Below, in pieces: positions 20,100-28,433 of a stretch of 64,000 nt of DNA (position 1 is the first letter of the stretch; each line of letters begins with the position of its first letter). The stretch is from assembly GCA_964461055.1 (NCBI GenBank), contig CAYWSG010000002.1:1580-65579 (forward strand). Direction: 5' to 3'. A program made the translations under genes and the position numbers. The notes under the pieces were generated by a model. The model was not told the DNA's origin and ran no database searches. It was given only the letters and a program-made list of their open reading frames with translations. This DNA comes from an uncultured Enterobacteriaceae bacterium (GTDB lineage: Bacteria > Pseudomonadota > Gammaproteobacteria > Burkholderiales > SG8-39).

Positions 20100-21004
20100 G
20101 GCGACGGCCGAAAATCGGCCTGGCGCTCGGCTCGGGCAGCGCCCGCGGCTGGGCGCACATCGGCGCCATCCGGGCGCTCGAGGAGCGCGGCGTGCGGCCC
20201 GACATCGTCTGCGGCACGTCGATCGGCGCGCTGGTGGGCGCGTTCTACGCCTCGGGCGACCTCGACAATCTGGAGCAGTGGGTCACGAGCCTTACGTGGA
20301 CCACCGTGGTGCGGCTCATGGACCTCACGTGGCGCGGCGGCTTCATCCGCGGGGCCCGGGTCTTCGATCTCTTTCGCCGGAACTTCGAGGAGCGCGAGAT
20401 CCAGGCGTTGCCGGTGACCTACGGCGCCGTGGCCACGGAGCTCGCCTCGGGCCGGGAGCTGTGGCTGCGTGAGGGCAAAATCTTCGATGCCGTGCGCGCC
20501 TCCTGCTCGATGCCCGGCGTCTTCACGCCTGTCGTGCGCGAAGGGACCGTGGTCGTCGACGGCGGGCTGGTAAATCCCGTGCCGGTCTCGATGTGCCGGG
20601 CGCTCGGCGCCGAGCTCGTGATCGCGGTCGATCTCAGCTGGGCGAAGCTCGGCCCATATCGCGAGCTCGGCCGCGGCGAGGCGCCCGAGCGGGAGGTGGC
20701 GCCGCGCGAGCTTCCCGGCTGGGTCGGCAAGCTCGCCGGCAGCTGGGTGCGCCGCCAGAGCGAGGCGAAGGCGGAAGAGCTTGTGAGCATTCCTTCGATC
20801 TTCGAAGTGTTCACTACCGCGCTCGACATCGTCGAGATGAAGGTGGCGCGCAGCCGCCTGGCCGGCGATCCGGCCGACGTGCTGATCACGCCGCTTCTGC
20901 CCGATTTCGCGACCATGGACTTCCATCGTGCGAAGGAGGCGATCCCGGAGGGGCGCGCCGCGGTCGAGCGCATGGCGCCGCTCATCGAGCAGGTCTTCCG
21001 CTAG
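20096..21004 (+). CDS. rssA: Patatin-like phospholipase (RssA-like)
   Basis: TTG 20096 overlaps the thiolase stop (TTGA). [29 protein letters not shown] (oxyanion GxGxxG), nucleophile GTSIGA, DGGLVNPVP (catalytic Asp). N-terminal layout as I recall for E. coli RssA. Confidence 0.85.
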   Translation: MRRRPKIGLALGSGSARGWAHIGAIRALEERGVRPDIVCGTSIGALVGAFYASGDLDNLEQWVTSLTWTTVVRLMDLTWRGGFIRGARVFDLFRRNFEEREIQALPVTYGAVATELASGRELWLREGKIFDAVRASCSMPGVFTPVVREGTVVVDGGLVNPVPVSMCRALGAELVIAVDLSWAKLGPYRELGRGEAPEREVAPRELPGWVGKLAGSWVRRQSEAKAEELVSIPSIFEVFTTALDIVEMKVARSRLAGDPADVLITPLLPDFATMDFHRAKEAIPEGRAAVERMAPLIEQVFR

Positions 21005-21010
21005 GCGCCG

Positions 21011-21841
21011 ATGGACCTGCCGCTCCCCGTCGCCGCTGCGGTGCTCGGGGCGGCGCTCCTGCACGCGACCTGGAACGCGCTCATCAAGGGCGGGCGCGAC
21101 AAGGACCTGGAGACGCTCGCCGTGGCGCTCGGCTCCGGAGCGCTCGCGGCGGTGCTTCTGCCCTGGTTTCCGGCGCCGGCCAGCGCATCGTGGCCCTGGC
21201 TCGCGGCCTCGGCTGCGGTCCACATCCTCTATTTCGCCTTCGTGGCCGGCGCCTACCGCTGGGGCGAGCTTTCCTACGTCTATCCGCTCATGCGCGGCGG
21301 CGGGCCGCTCGTCGTCGCGCTCGCCGGTGCGCTCTTCCTGGGCGAGACGCTCGGCTGGCTGCGCTCGGCCGGCGTGGCGCTCGTGTGCGCGGGCATCGCC
21401 GCCTTCGCCGCGGGCACGCACGACCGGCGCGCGACCCTCTTCGCGCTCGCCAACGCGGGGGTCATTGCCGCCTACACGCTCATCGACGCGCAAGGGGCAA
21501 GGGCTTCCGGCGCCCCACTGAGCTACACGCTGTGGTTTTTCGCCGCGAATGCGATCGTCATCGGCACGATCGGCTTCGCGCGCCGGGGTGCGGCGCTGCC
21601 TCGCTATCTGCGCCGGAACTGGCTTCGCGCCTTCGCCGGCGGCGCCTGCGCGCTCGGCTCGTACGGAATTGCCCTCTGGGCGATGACGCGAGGACCCGTC
21701 GCGCTGGTGGCGGCGCTGCGCGAGACCTCGGTGGTGTTCGGCGCCCTGCTGGGCGCCCTTTTTCTCGGCGAGGCGCTCACGCGCCGGCGGCTCGTCGCCA
21801 CCGGCGCGGTGCTCGGAGGCTTGGTGGCGCTGCGCCTGTAG
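21011..21841 (+). CDS. EamA/DMT family transporter
   Basis: 276 aa, 10 hydrophobic segments, two EamA-like halves (HATWNALIKGG...; PLVVALAGALFLGE; ETSVVFGALLGALFLGE). Confidence 0.8.
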   Translation: MDLPLPVAAAVLGAALLHATWNALIKGGRDKDLETLAVALGSGALAAVLLPWFPAPASASWPWLAASAAVHILYFAFVAGAYRWGELSYVYPLMRGGGPLVVALAGALFLGETLGWLRSAGVALVCAGIAAFAAGTHDRRATLFALANAGVIAAYTLIDAQGARASGAPLSYTLWFFAANAIVIGTIGFARRGAALPRYLRRNWLRAFAGGACALGSYGIALWAMTRGPVALVAALRETSVVFGALLGALFLGEALTRRRLVATGAVLGGLVALRL

Positions 21842-21866
21842 CGGCCTGCGAGGCTGTCGAGCCGGG

Positions 21867-22547
21867 TCAGGCGGGCTGCAGCCGGCCGTCGAGGAGGCGA
21901 ACGCGGTCGCCCGCGGTCCAGTAGGGCTCGGTGTCGCTCCTCAGCGTGCGCTCGGAGCCGTCGTCGAGGCGCACGGCGATCTCCCAGTGCGACGTCGCGC
22001 GGACGTTGCGCTCGATCTCCTTGCCGGCGAGCGCGCCGCCGGCGGCGCCGAGCACCGTAAGCACCTTGCGCGTCGTGCCCTTGCCGAGCTGGTTCCCGAG
22101 CACCGCGCCGGCGATGCCGCCCGCGATCGGCCCGACGCCGTTCGACTCGGCGGCCTTCTCCTTCACCTCGCGAACCGACGCCACGACGCCCAGCATTCCG
22201 GCAGGCACCGGCTTCGGCGCTTCCACGGTCGTTTTCGTCGAGGCGAGCGCCGGTCGAACAGGCGCCGAAACGGGCGAAGAGCCTGCGGCTGGAGCAACGG
22301 TCACCTTCTTGACCACCTTTTGGGGTGTCGGCACGGCGGGCGGAACGTTCTCGGGCTTCGCCGGTGCGGCCGGGGCGACGATGGCCGCGGGCGCGGCATC
22401 CTCGTTCGAGCCGAAGGAGGCCGGGAGGAGCCCGGTGAGCACGCCGACGCCTACGGCCGAAAAGACCGTCACCGAGACCGCGGCGGCGGTCAGAAGGGGG
22501 TGAAGGCCCGCCCTTTCGTTGCTCGCGGTGCTTTCGTTCTTCCACAT
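21867..22547 (-). CDS. Membrane-anchored glycine-zipper 2TM domain protein
   Basis: N-terminal TM anchor, Pro/Ala-rich linker, glycine zipper GPIAGGIAGAVLGNQLGKG...LGAAGGALAG, small C-terminal beta domain. AGGAGA SD 8 nt upstream of the ATG. Confidence 0.75.
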   Translation of the reverse strand: MWKNESTASNERAGLHPLLTAAAVSVTVFSAVGVGVLTGLLPASFGSNEDAAPAAIVAPAAPAKPENVPPAVPTPQKVVKKVTVAPAAGSSPVSAPVRPALASTKTTVEAPKPVPAGMLGVVASVREVKEKAAESNGVGPIAGGIAGAVLGNQLGKGTTRKVLTVLGAAGGALAGKEIERNVRATSHWEIAVRLDDGSERTLRSDTEPYWTAGDRVRLLDGRLQPA

Positions 22548-22645
22548 GGGGTCGTTCTCCTGTTCCTTCGAACGACCTCGAGGCTACGGACCGCCGGCCC
22601 CGGCGGCAGTAAGCGTGTGTTACGGCTTGTAACGGCTTCGGGCTG

Positions 22646-24106
22646 CTATTCCGGCCGCATGTGCGGGAAGAGGATGACGTCCCGGATGCTCGGGCTGTCG
22701 GTGAGAAGCATCACCAGGCGATCGATGCCGAGGCCCGCGCCGGCCGTCGGCGGCAGGCCGTACTCCAGCGCGCGGATATAGTCGGCGTCGTAGTACATCG
22801 CCTCCGCATCGCCCGCTTCCTTCGCCTTGGCCTGCTCGAGGAAGCGGGCCGCCTGGTCCTCCGGATCGTTCAGCTCGGAGAACCCGTTGGCGATCTCCTT
22901 CGCGTCGATGAAGAGCTCGAAGCGGTCGGTCAGCTCCGGATCGCTGTCGCGCCGGCGGGCGAGCGGGGAGACTTCGGCGGGGAAGTCGACGACGAAGGTC
23001 GGATCGATCAGGTGCTTCTCCGCCACGGCCTCGAAGAGCATCAGCTGAAGCGCGCCCCAGCCCTGCCGCGCCTCGTGTGCGACGCCGCGCTTCTCGAGCT
23101 CGCGCGCAAGGAACGCCCGATCGCGCAGGTCCCCCTCGATGCCCTGGCGCCGGATGGCGTCCGGTATCGGCAGGCGCGCGAAAGGCTTGCCGAAGTCGAT
23201 GGTCCGGCCCTGGTACTGCAGGACCGGCTCCTTGCCGCACGCCTCGATCGCCGCCCGGATCAGCCGCGCGGTCGAGGCCATCATGTACGTCCAGTCCTCG
23301 TAGGCCGCGTACCACTCGAGCATGGTGAACTCGGGATTGTGGCGGGTCGAGATGCCTTCGTTGCGGAAGTTGCGGTTGATCTCGAAGACGCGCTCGATGC
23401 CGCCCACCACCAGGCGCTTGAGGTAGAGCTCCGGCGCGATCCTCAGGTAAAGGTCCATGTCGAGCGCATTGTGGTGCGTGCGGAACGGCCGCGCGGCGGC
23501 GCCGCCGGGGATCGGCTGCATCATCGGCGTCTCGACCTCGAGATAGCCTTCGGCGCGCAGGGTGTCGCGGATCGCCTGCACGATGCGCGAGCGGGCGACG
23601 AAGATCTCGCGCACCTCGGGATTCACGATGAGGTCGACGTAGCGCTGCCGGTAGCGCATCTCCTGGTCGGTCAGCCCGTGGAACTTCTCCGGCAGCGGGC
23701 GCAGCGCCTTGGCGAGCAGCACGATGCGGCTTGCGTGGATCGTCAGCTCGCCCTTGTTGGTCTTGAAGAGGTGCCCTTCCACGCCGAGGAGGTCGCCGAG
23801 GTCCCAGTGCTTGAAGGCCTCGTAGCCCGGCACATCCTGCGTGATGTAGGCCTGGATGCGGCCGCTGCCGTCCTGCAGCGTGGCGAAGCTTGCCTTGCCC
23901 ATCACGCGCTTGAGCATCATGCGCCCGGCGACGCTCGCCTGCGTGCGCGACTGCTCGAGCGCCTCCTTGCTGCTTTCTCCGTGCCGCGCGGCGAGCTCGC
24001 CGGCGAGGTCCTTGCGGCGGAAGTCGTTGGGATAGGCGATGCCCTGGGCGCGCAGCGCCCTCAGCTTCTCCCGGCGTTCCTCGACGAGCTTGTTCTCTTC
24101 TTCCAT
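22646..24106 (-). CDS. lysS: Lysine--tRNA ligase (class II)
   Basis: Start [18 protein letters not shown] (CAT 24104-24106). OB-fold N-domain, [20 protein letters not shown] (motif 2), [12 protein letters not shown] (motif 3). Lies 5 nt downstream of prfB as in E. coli. Confidence 0.95.
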   Translation of the reverse strand: MEEENKLVEERREKLRALRAQGIAYPNDFRRKDLAGELAARHGESSKEALEQSRTQASVAGRMMLKRVMGKASFATLQDGSGRIQAYITQDVPGYEAFKHWDLGDLLGVEGHLFKTNKGELTIHASRIVLLAKALRPLPEKFHGLTDQEMRYRQRYVDLIVNPEVREIFVARSRIVQAIRDTLRAEGYLEVETPMMQPIPGGAAARPFRTHHNALDMDLYLRIAPELYLKRLVVGGIERVFEINRNFRNEGISTRHNPEFTMLEWYAAYEDWTYMMASTARLIRAAIEACGKEPVLQYQGRTIDFGKPFARLPIPDAIRRQGIEGDLRDRAFLARELEKRGVAHEARQGWGALQLMLFEAVAEKHLIDPTFVVDFPAEVSPLARRRDSDPELTDRFELFIDAKEIANGFSELNDPEDQAARFLEQAKAKEAGDAEAMYYDADYIRALEYGLPPTAGAGLGIDRLVMLLTDSPSIRDVILFPHMRPE

Positions 24107-24111
24107 GCGCC

Positions 24112-25216
24112 TTACACCCCCTGCTTGAGGCTCGCGGTGATGAAGTCGTCGAGCTCGCCGTCGAGCACGGCCTGCGTGGCGCCCTTCTCGACGCCGGTGC
24201 GCAGGTCCTTGATGCGGGACTGGTCGAGCACGTAGCTCCTGATCTGGTGGCCCCACTCGATGTCGGTCTTGGCCGCCTCGAGCTTGGACTGCTCGGCGTT
24301 GCGCTTGCGCAGCTCGAGCTCGTAGAGGCGCGATTTCAGCATCGCCATGCACTCGGCCCGGTTGCGGTGCTGGGAGCGGTCGCTCTGGCTCTGCACCACG
24401 ATGCCGGTAGGCAGGTGGGTGATGCGCACGGCCGACTCCGTCTTGTTCACGTGCTGGCCGCCTGCGCCGGAAGCGCGGTAGACGTCCACGCGCAGGTCCG
24501 CCGGGTTGATGTCGACCTCGATCGACTCGTCCACCTCGGGATAGACGAAGACATTCGCGAACGAGGTGTGGCGCCGGGCGTTCGAGTCGAACGGGCTCTT
24601 GCGCACGAGCCGGTGCACGCCGTTTTCCGTGCGCAGCGTCCCATAGGCGTACTCGCCCGTGATCTTCAGCGTCGCGCTCTTGATGCCGGCCACCTCGCCC
24701 TCGGACTGCTCCATGATCTCGACCCGAAAGCCCTTGCGGTCGCAGAACTTGAGGTACATGCGCATCAGCATCGCCGCCCAGTCCTGCGCCTCGGTGCCGC
24801 CGGCCCCGGCCTGGATGTCCATGAAGCAGTTGTTGGCGTCGAGCGGGTTGGAGAACATGCGGCGGAACTCGAGCCCGGCGACGTCCTCGCCGATCTTCTG
24901 CAGGTCGGAGGAGACGCCGAGGAGGGTCGCCTCGTCGTCCTCCGCGCGCGCCAGCTCAAAGAGCTCGCGCGCATCGGCAAGGCCGCCCCCCACGCGCTCG
25001 AGCGTGCCGACGACGGCCTCCAGGGATTTCTTCTCCTTGCCGAGCTCCTGGGCGCGCTGCGGGTTCTCCCACAGCTTCGGGTCCTCGAGCTCCCGGTTCA
25101 GCTCCGCGAGGCGATCGCGCTTCGCCTCGAAGTCAAAGATACCTCCGCAGCTCGGCCGTGCGCTTCTGCAGCTCGGCGAGCGAAGAGGCGATGAGGTTGA
25201 TGCGTTCGGCTTCCAT
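24112..25216 (-). CDS. prfB: Peptide chain release factor 2, expressed via programmed +1 frameshift: join(25216..25136, 25134..24112)
   Basis: ATG 25216, then 27 codons [27 protein letters not shown] and an in-frame TGA (25135-25133). The +1 frame continues [26 protein letters not shown]... through SPF (KSPFDSN) and GGQ ([10 protein letters not shown]) to TAA 24112-24114. Confidence 0.95.
25132..25147 (-). other. prfB programmed +1 ribosomal frameshift site
   Basis: Minus strand reads CGGAGG-TAT-CTT-TGA-C: internal SD-like GGAGG, 3-nt spacer, slippery CUU followed by UGA C. Same layout as the E. coli prfB site (AGGGGG UAU CUU UGA C). Confidence 0.9.
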
Positions 25217-25225
25217 GGGCGGGCG

Positions 25226-25231
25226 ATTATA
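25226..25231 (-). promoter_or_regulatory. -10 hexamer TATAAT, 9 nt upstream of prfB ATG 25216
   Basis: Minus strand TATAATCGCCCGCCC-ATG. No SD. Shares AATCGCCCGCCC with the ZIP gene upstream region. Confidence 0.45.
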
Positions 25232-25265
25232 AGGCCTCGCGGCCCGCATCCCGGGCGGCGGAGCG

Positions 25266-25475
25266 CTAGACGCGCTTCGCCGTGTACTCCTCGGCGATCT
25301 TGTCGTCGAAGAAAGCGGTCGGGTTGGGCGCGGCCATGAAGCGGCGATAGACCTCCGGATAGACGCCGCTGTACTGGTAGACCTGGCCGTTCGAGAGCTC
25401 GACCTCGAGCACGCGGCTCTTCTCGTCGTAGCCCACCGAGCGCAGCCGGGAGGAATTGACTCGCTTTCGCTCCAT
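25266..25475 (-). CDS. KTSC domain-containing protein (stand-alone LysRS-C-terminal-type domain)
   Basis: 69 aa [60 protein letters not shown], with the central YxY (YQY) motif of the KTSC family. Its ATG shares one base with the upstream gene's TGA. Confidence 0.7.
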   Translation of the reverse strand: MERKRVNSSRLRSVGYDEKSRVLEVELSNGQVYQYSGVYPEVYRRFMAAPNPTAFFDDKIAEEYTAKRV

Positions 25476-25843
25476 CAGGCTTTCTCCACGGTAATGGGGT
25501 CGCCCGGGCGCACCGCGGCGAGGCGGCGCGGGTCGCCTTCCAGGCGGCCGATGACGTTGCACGGGCTCGCGAGCTTGGGCCGCTCGTCGCTCGAGATCGG
25601 CGTGCGGCCGAAGGGCAGCGCGATGGCGTCGCCGTCGCACCAGAAGCACGCGGTGCCGGGCTCGACGACCTGCCGCGCTCCCGGCTCGCGCGGCGCGCTG
25701 ACCGGCGTGCTGAAGTAGACCTCCTCGCCCCAGGTCTGCGCGCGGGACGTGAACGGGGCGGCGGCGTGCAGCGCCCGCGCCGTCGCCGTGTCGGCCAGCG
25801 CGACCTCGAAGGTCGAGCGTCCAGCGGTGATGCGAAGCTTCAT
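25475..25843 (-). CDS. Cyclophilin-like fold protein (TM1367-like family)
   Basis: 122 aa [31 protein letters not shown]...[11 protein letters not shown]...[20 protein letters not shown]...[10 protein letters not shown]...GDPITV. ATGA overlap with the upstream methyltransferase gene. Confidence 0.65.
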   Translation of the reverse strand: MKLRITAGRSTFEVALADTATARALHAAAPFTSRAQTWGEEVYFSTPVSAPREPGARQVVEPGTACFWCDGDAIALPFGRTPISSDERPKLASPCNVIGRLEGDPRRLAAVRPGDPITVEKA

Positions 25844-26706
25844 CCGCCGAGCCTCGCGCTCCACGGCCGTCGCACGCCTTTCGACTCGAGCACGCCCTCG
25901 ATGGTGCGGCCCTTCACCCGGCCGGTGAACTCGCCCTGCAGGCCGGCAAGGCGAAAGCTCAGCCGGTCGCCGCGGAGCTTGCCGTCCTGCAGGGGAAGCT
26001 CGCGCCCTTCGAGGCGCGCCGTGCCGCCCACTTTCGTGAACTGCTGCGTGAGCTCGAGGCTCGCCGGCCGGCGGGTCAGCGTGGCGGGCAGCATGGCTTT
26101 CCAGCTTCCCGCCACTTTCGCCGGGACCACGTAGAGGTAGACGAGCGTGGTGGGCACGCCCGTGACCTCGACCTTGTCTTCGAGCTCCATCTCCCTGAAC
26201 GTTTCCGGCATCCAGCCCGAAAGGGGATAGTCGTGCGAGACGACGCGCGCGCCCGGGCGAAGTTCGGCGAGGAGCTTGTCGCGCAGCAGGTTCACGGTGT
26301 CCGGCAGGAGATACATGGTGAGCACGGTCGCGGCCGAGATGTCGGTCTTGAAGAGGTCCTGCTTCAGGAACCGGACGCGGTCCGCGAGGCCCTCGCGCCG
26401 CGCCGCCTCGTTGGCGTAGCGCACGAGGTCGTCCTTGATCTCGACGCCGAAGCCCTTCGCGCCGAAGACCTTTGCCGCCGTCAGCACGATGCGGCCGTCG
26501 CCGGAGCCCAGATCGACGATGAAGTCGTCGGGACCGACCTCGGCGAGCCGCAGCATGTCGGACACCACGCTCTCCGGCGAGGGCACGTAGGGTCCGGCGT
26601 TCTTCGACGGCGTGAGATCGGCAGCCATGCCGGAAAGGGCGAGGGTGGCGCCCGCAAGAATCGGCACGAGGCGCCTCATTCGGAGGGTCGGCACGAGGCG
26701 CCTCAT
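25840..26706 (-). CDS. Class I SAM-dependent methyltransferase with N-terminal signal-peptide/anchor and unassigned C-terminal domain
   Basis: Motif I IVDLGSGDGRIVL, post-I FGVEI, then about 90 aa of beta-rich tail. Two in-frame ATGs, 26706 (ATGA overlap with the recJ stop) and 26679, created by a 27-bp tandem duplication. Confidence 0.75.
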   Translation of the reverse strand: MRRLVPTLRMRRLVPILAGATLALSGMAADLTPSKNAGPYVPSPESVVSDMLRLAEVGPDDFIVDLGSGDGRIVLTAAKVFGAKGFGVEIKDDLVRYANEAARREGLADRVRFLKQDLFKTDISAATVLTMYLLPDTVNLLRDKLLAELRPGARVVSHDYPLSGWMPETFREMELEDKVEVTGVPTTLVYLYVVPAKVAGSWKAMLPATLTRRPASLELTQQFTKVGGTARLEGRELPLQDGKLRGDRLSFRLAGLQGEFTGRVKGRTIEGVLESKGVRRPWSARLGG

Positions 26707-26709
26707 TCG
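26661..26709. repeat. Tandem direct duplication, period 27 bp, at the recJ stop / methyltransferase start junction
   Basis: TCGGCACGAGGCGCCTCATTCG occurs at 26661-26682 and again at 26688-26709 (22/22 identical). It encodes MRRLVPTLR-MRRLVPIL on the minus strand. The second copy contains the recJ TGA. Confidence 0.9.
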
Positions 26710-28424
26710 AAATGCTCCACGTTGATCTGCACGCTGCTCAAGCCGTTGAACCTGTTCACCGCCAGGCGGTATGCGGCGCGCACGCGCGACGGCAAATTGT
26801 GCTGGGACGGGGGCTTGTCGAGCGCGTTGAAACACATGGCTTCGTAGCGGCGCCCATCCCTGCGCAGCGCGAGCTTGAGGTGCTTCTCGCCCACTACGCG
26901 CCGCGATTCCACGTCGAAATTATCGCAGAAGAGGGGCTGCGGAAATCCCTGTCCCCAGATCCCGTCCTCGAGCATCCGGGCGACCTCGAGCGTGACGTGC
27001 GCACCGTCGAGCCCGCCGTCGGTCTCGATCGTGCGGGCGCGCGCTTCGGCGGGCAGCAGCTCTTCCACCGCACGATCGAACGCCTCTGCGAAGCGCTCGA
27101 GGTGCGCCTCGGCGATCGTGAGGCCCGCGGCCTGCGCGTGGCCGCCGAAGCGCTGGATGAGCCCCGGCTCGCGCTTCGAAACGAGGTCGAGGCAATCGCG
27201 CAGGTGCAGGCCCGCGATCGAGCGCCCCGAGCCCTTGAGCACCGCGGCGCCCGACTGCTCGCCGCGCGCGAAGCAGACCACGGGCCGGTGCAGGCGATCC
27301 TTCAGCCGCGAGGCGAGGATGCCGACCACGCCCTGGTGCCAGGCCGGGTCGAAGAACACCTGCCGGCTTGCGGCGGTGCGCTCCAGCGCGCCCAGGTGCT
27401 CGAGGGCCTGCTGCAGCATGTGCGTTTCGATCTTGCGCCGGTCGCGGTTCAGCCGGTCGAGCTCCTGCGCGAGGTTCGCGGCGCGCGCCTCGTCGTCCGT
27501 GGCGAGGCACTCGATGCCGATGCTCATCTCCGCCAGCCGGCCGGCCGCGTTGACGCGCGGCCCGAGGACGAAGCCGAGATCGAAGCTCGACACCTCGGCG
27601 TGCGGCCTGCCGGCCGCGGCGAGGAGGGCGTGCAGGCCCGCCTTCCCCTGCCCGGCGCGGATGCGCTTCAGCCCGAGGGCCACGAGGTTGCGGTTGCTCG
27701 CGTCGAGCGGCACCACGTCGGCCACCGTGCCGAGCGCGACGAGGTCCGTCAGCGCGCCGAGATTCGGCTCGGGCCGGCCGTCGAACCAGCCGCGGCTTCG
27801 CAGCGCCGCGCGGGTGGCGAGCGCGACGTAGAACATCACCCCGACGCCGGCGAGCGCCTTCGACGGAAAGTCGCAGCCGGGCTGGTTGGGGTTCACGATG
27901 CAATCGGCCGGCGGCAGCCGCTCGCCGGGAAGGTGGTGGTCGGTGATGAGGGTGGCGATGCCGAGCGCCCGGGCGCGCTCGACGCCTTCGACGCTCGCGA
28001 TGCCGTTGTCGACGGTGATGAGGAGATCCGGGCGCCCGCGAGGATCGGTCGCTGCAGCGAGCTCGACGAGCTCGGGCGAGAGCCCGTAGCCGAGCCTGAA
28101 GCGATCGGGAACGAGGTATGCGACGTCGGCGCCGAAGCCGCGCAGGGCGCGAAGGCCCACGGCGCACGCCGTCGCCCCGTCGGCGTCGTAGTCGGCGATG
28201 ATGAGCAGGCGCTTCCGGGCCACGATGGCCTCGGCGAGCAGGCTCGCCGCCTCGGGCAGCCGCTTCATCGAGTCGGGCGGATGCAGCCGGTCGGGCCCGT
28301 ACTCGAGCTCGGCGGCCGAGCTCACCCGGCGCCCGGCGAGCACGCGCGCAAGCACCGGATGGATGCCCGCGTCCAGCAGGCGGCGCCGGTCGGCTTCGGC
28401 GTAAGGACGCTCGACGATCCTCAT
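26703..28424 (-). CDS. recJ: Single-stranded-DNA-specific 5'-3' exonuclease RecJ
   Basis: 573 aa. DHH family motifs (LLIIADYDADGATACAV, ITVDNG, LITDHHLPG), DHHA1 motif FGGHAQAAG. Confidence 0.95.
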   Translation of the reverse strand: MRIVERPYAEADRRRLLDAGIHPVLARVLAGRRVSSAAELEYGPDRLHPPDSMKRLPEAASLLAEAIVARKRLLIIADYDADGATACAVGLRALRGFGADVAYLVPDRFRLGYGLSPELVELAAATDPRGRPDLLITVDNGIASVEGVERARALGIATLITDHHLPGERLPPADCIVNPNQPGCDFPSKALAGVGVMFYVALATRAALRSRGWFDGRPEPNLGALTDLVALGTVADVVPLDASNRNLVALGLKRIRAGQGKAGLHALLAAAGRPHAEVSSFDLGFVLGPRVNAAGRLAEMSIGIECLATDDEARAANLAQELDRLNRDRRKIETHMLQQALEHLGALERTAASRQVFFDPAWHQGVVGILASRLKDRLHRPVVCFARGEQSGAAVLKGSGRSIAGLHLRDCLDLVSKREPGLIQRFGGHAQAAGLTIAEAHLERFAEAFDRAVEELLPAEARARTIETDGGLDGAHVTLEVARMLEDGIWGQGFPQPLFCDNFDVESRRVVGEKHLKLALRRDGRRYEAMCFNALDKPPSQHNLPSRVRAAYRLAVNRFNGLSSVQINVEHFE

Positions 28425-28433
28425 CGGGAAACC

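Noticed and set aside
22590-22615. GC-rich inverted repeat CCGCCGG-CC-CCGGCGG downstream of lysS as a terminator
   Set aside because: The 2-nt loop is sterically implausible and no U-tract follows on the lysS strand. Kept as unexplained intergenic structure only.
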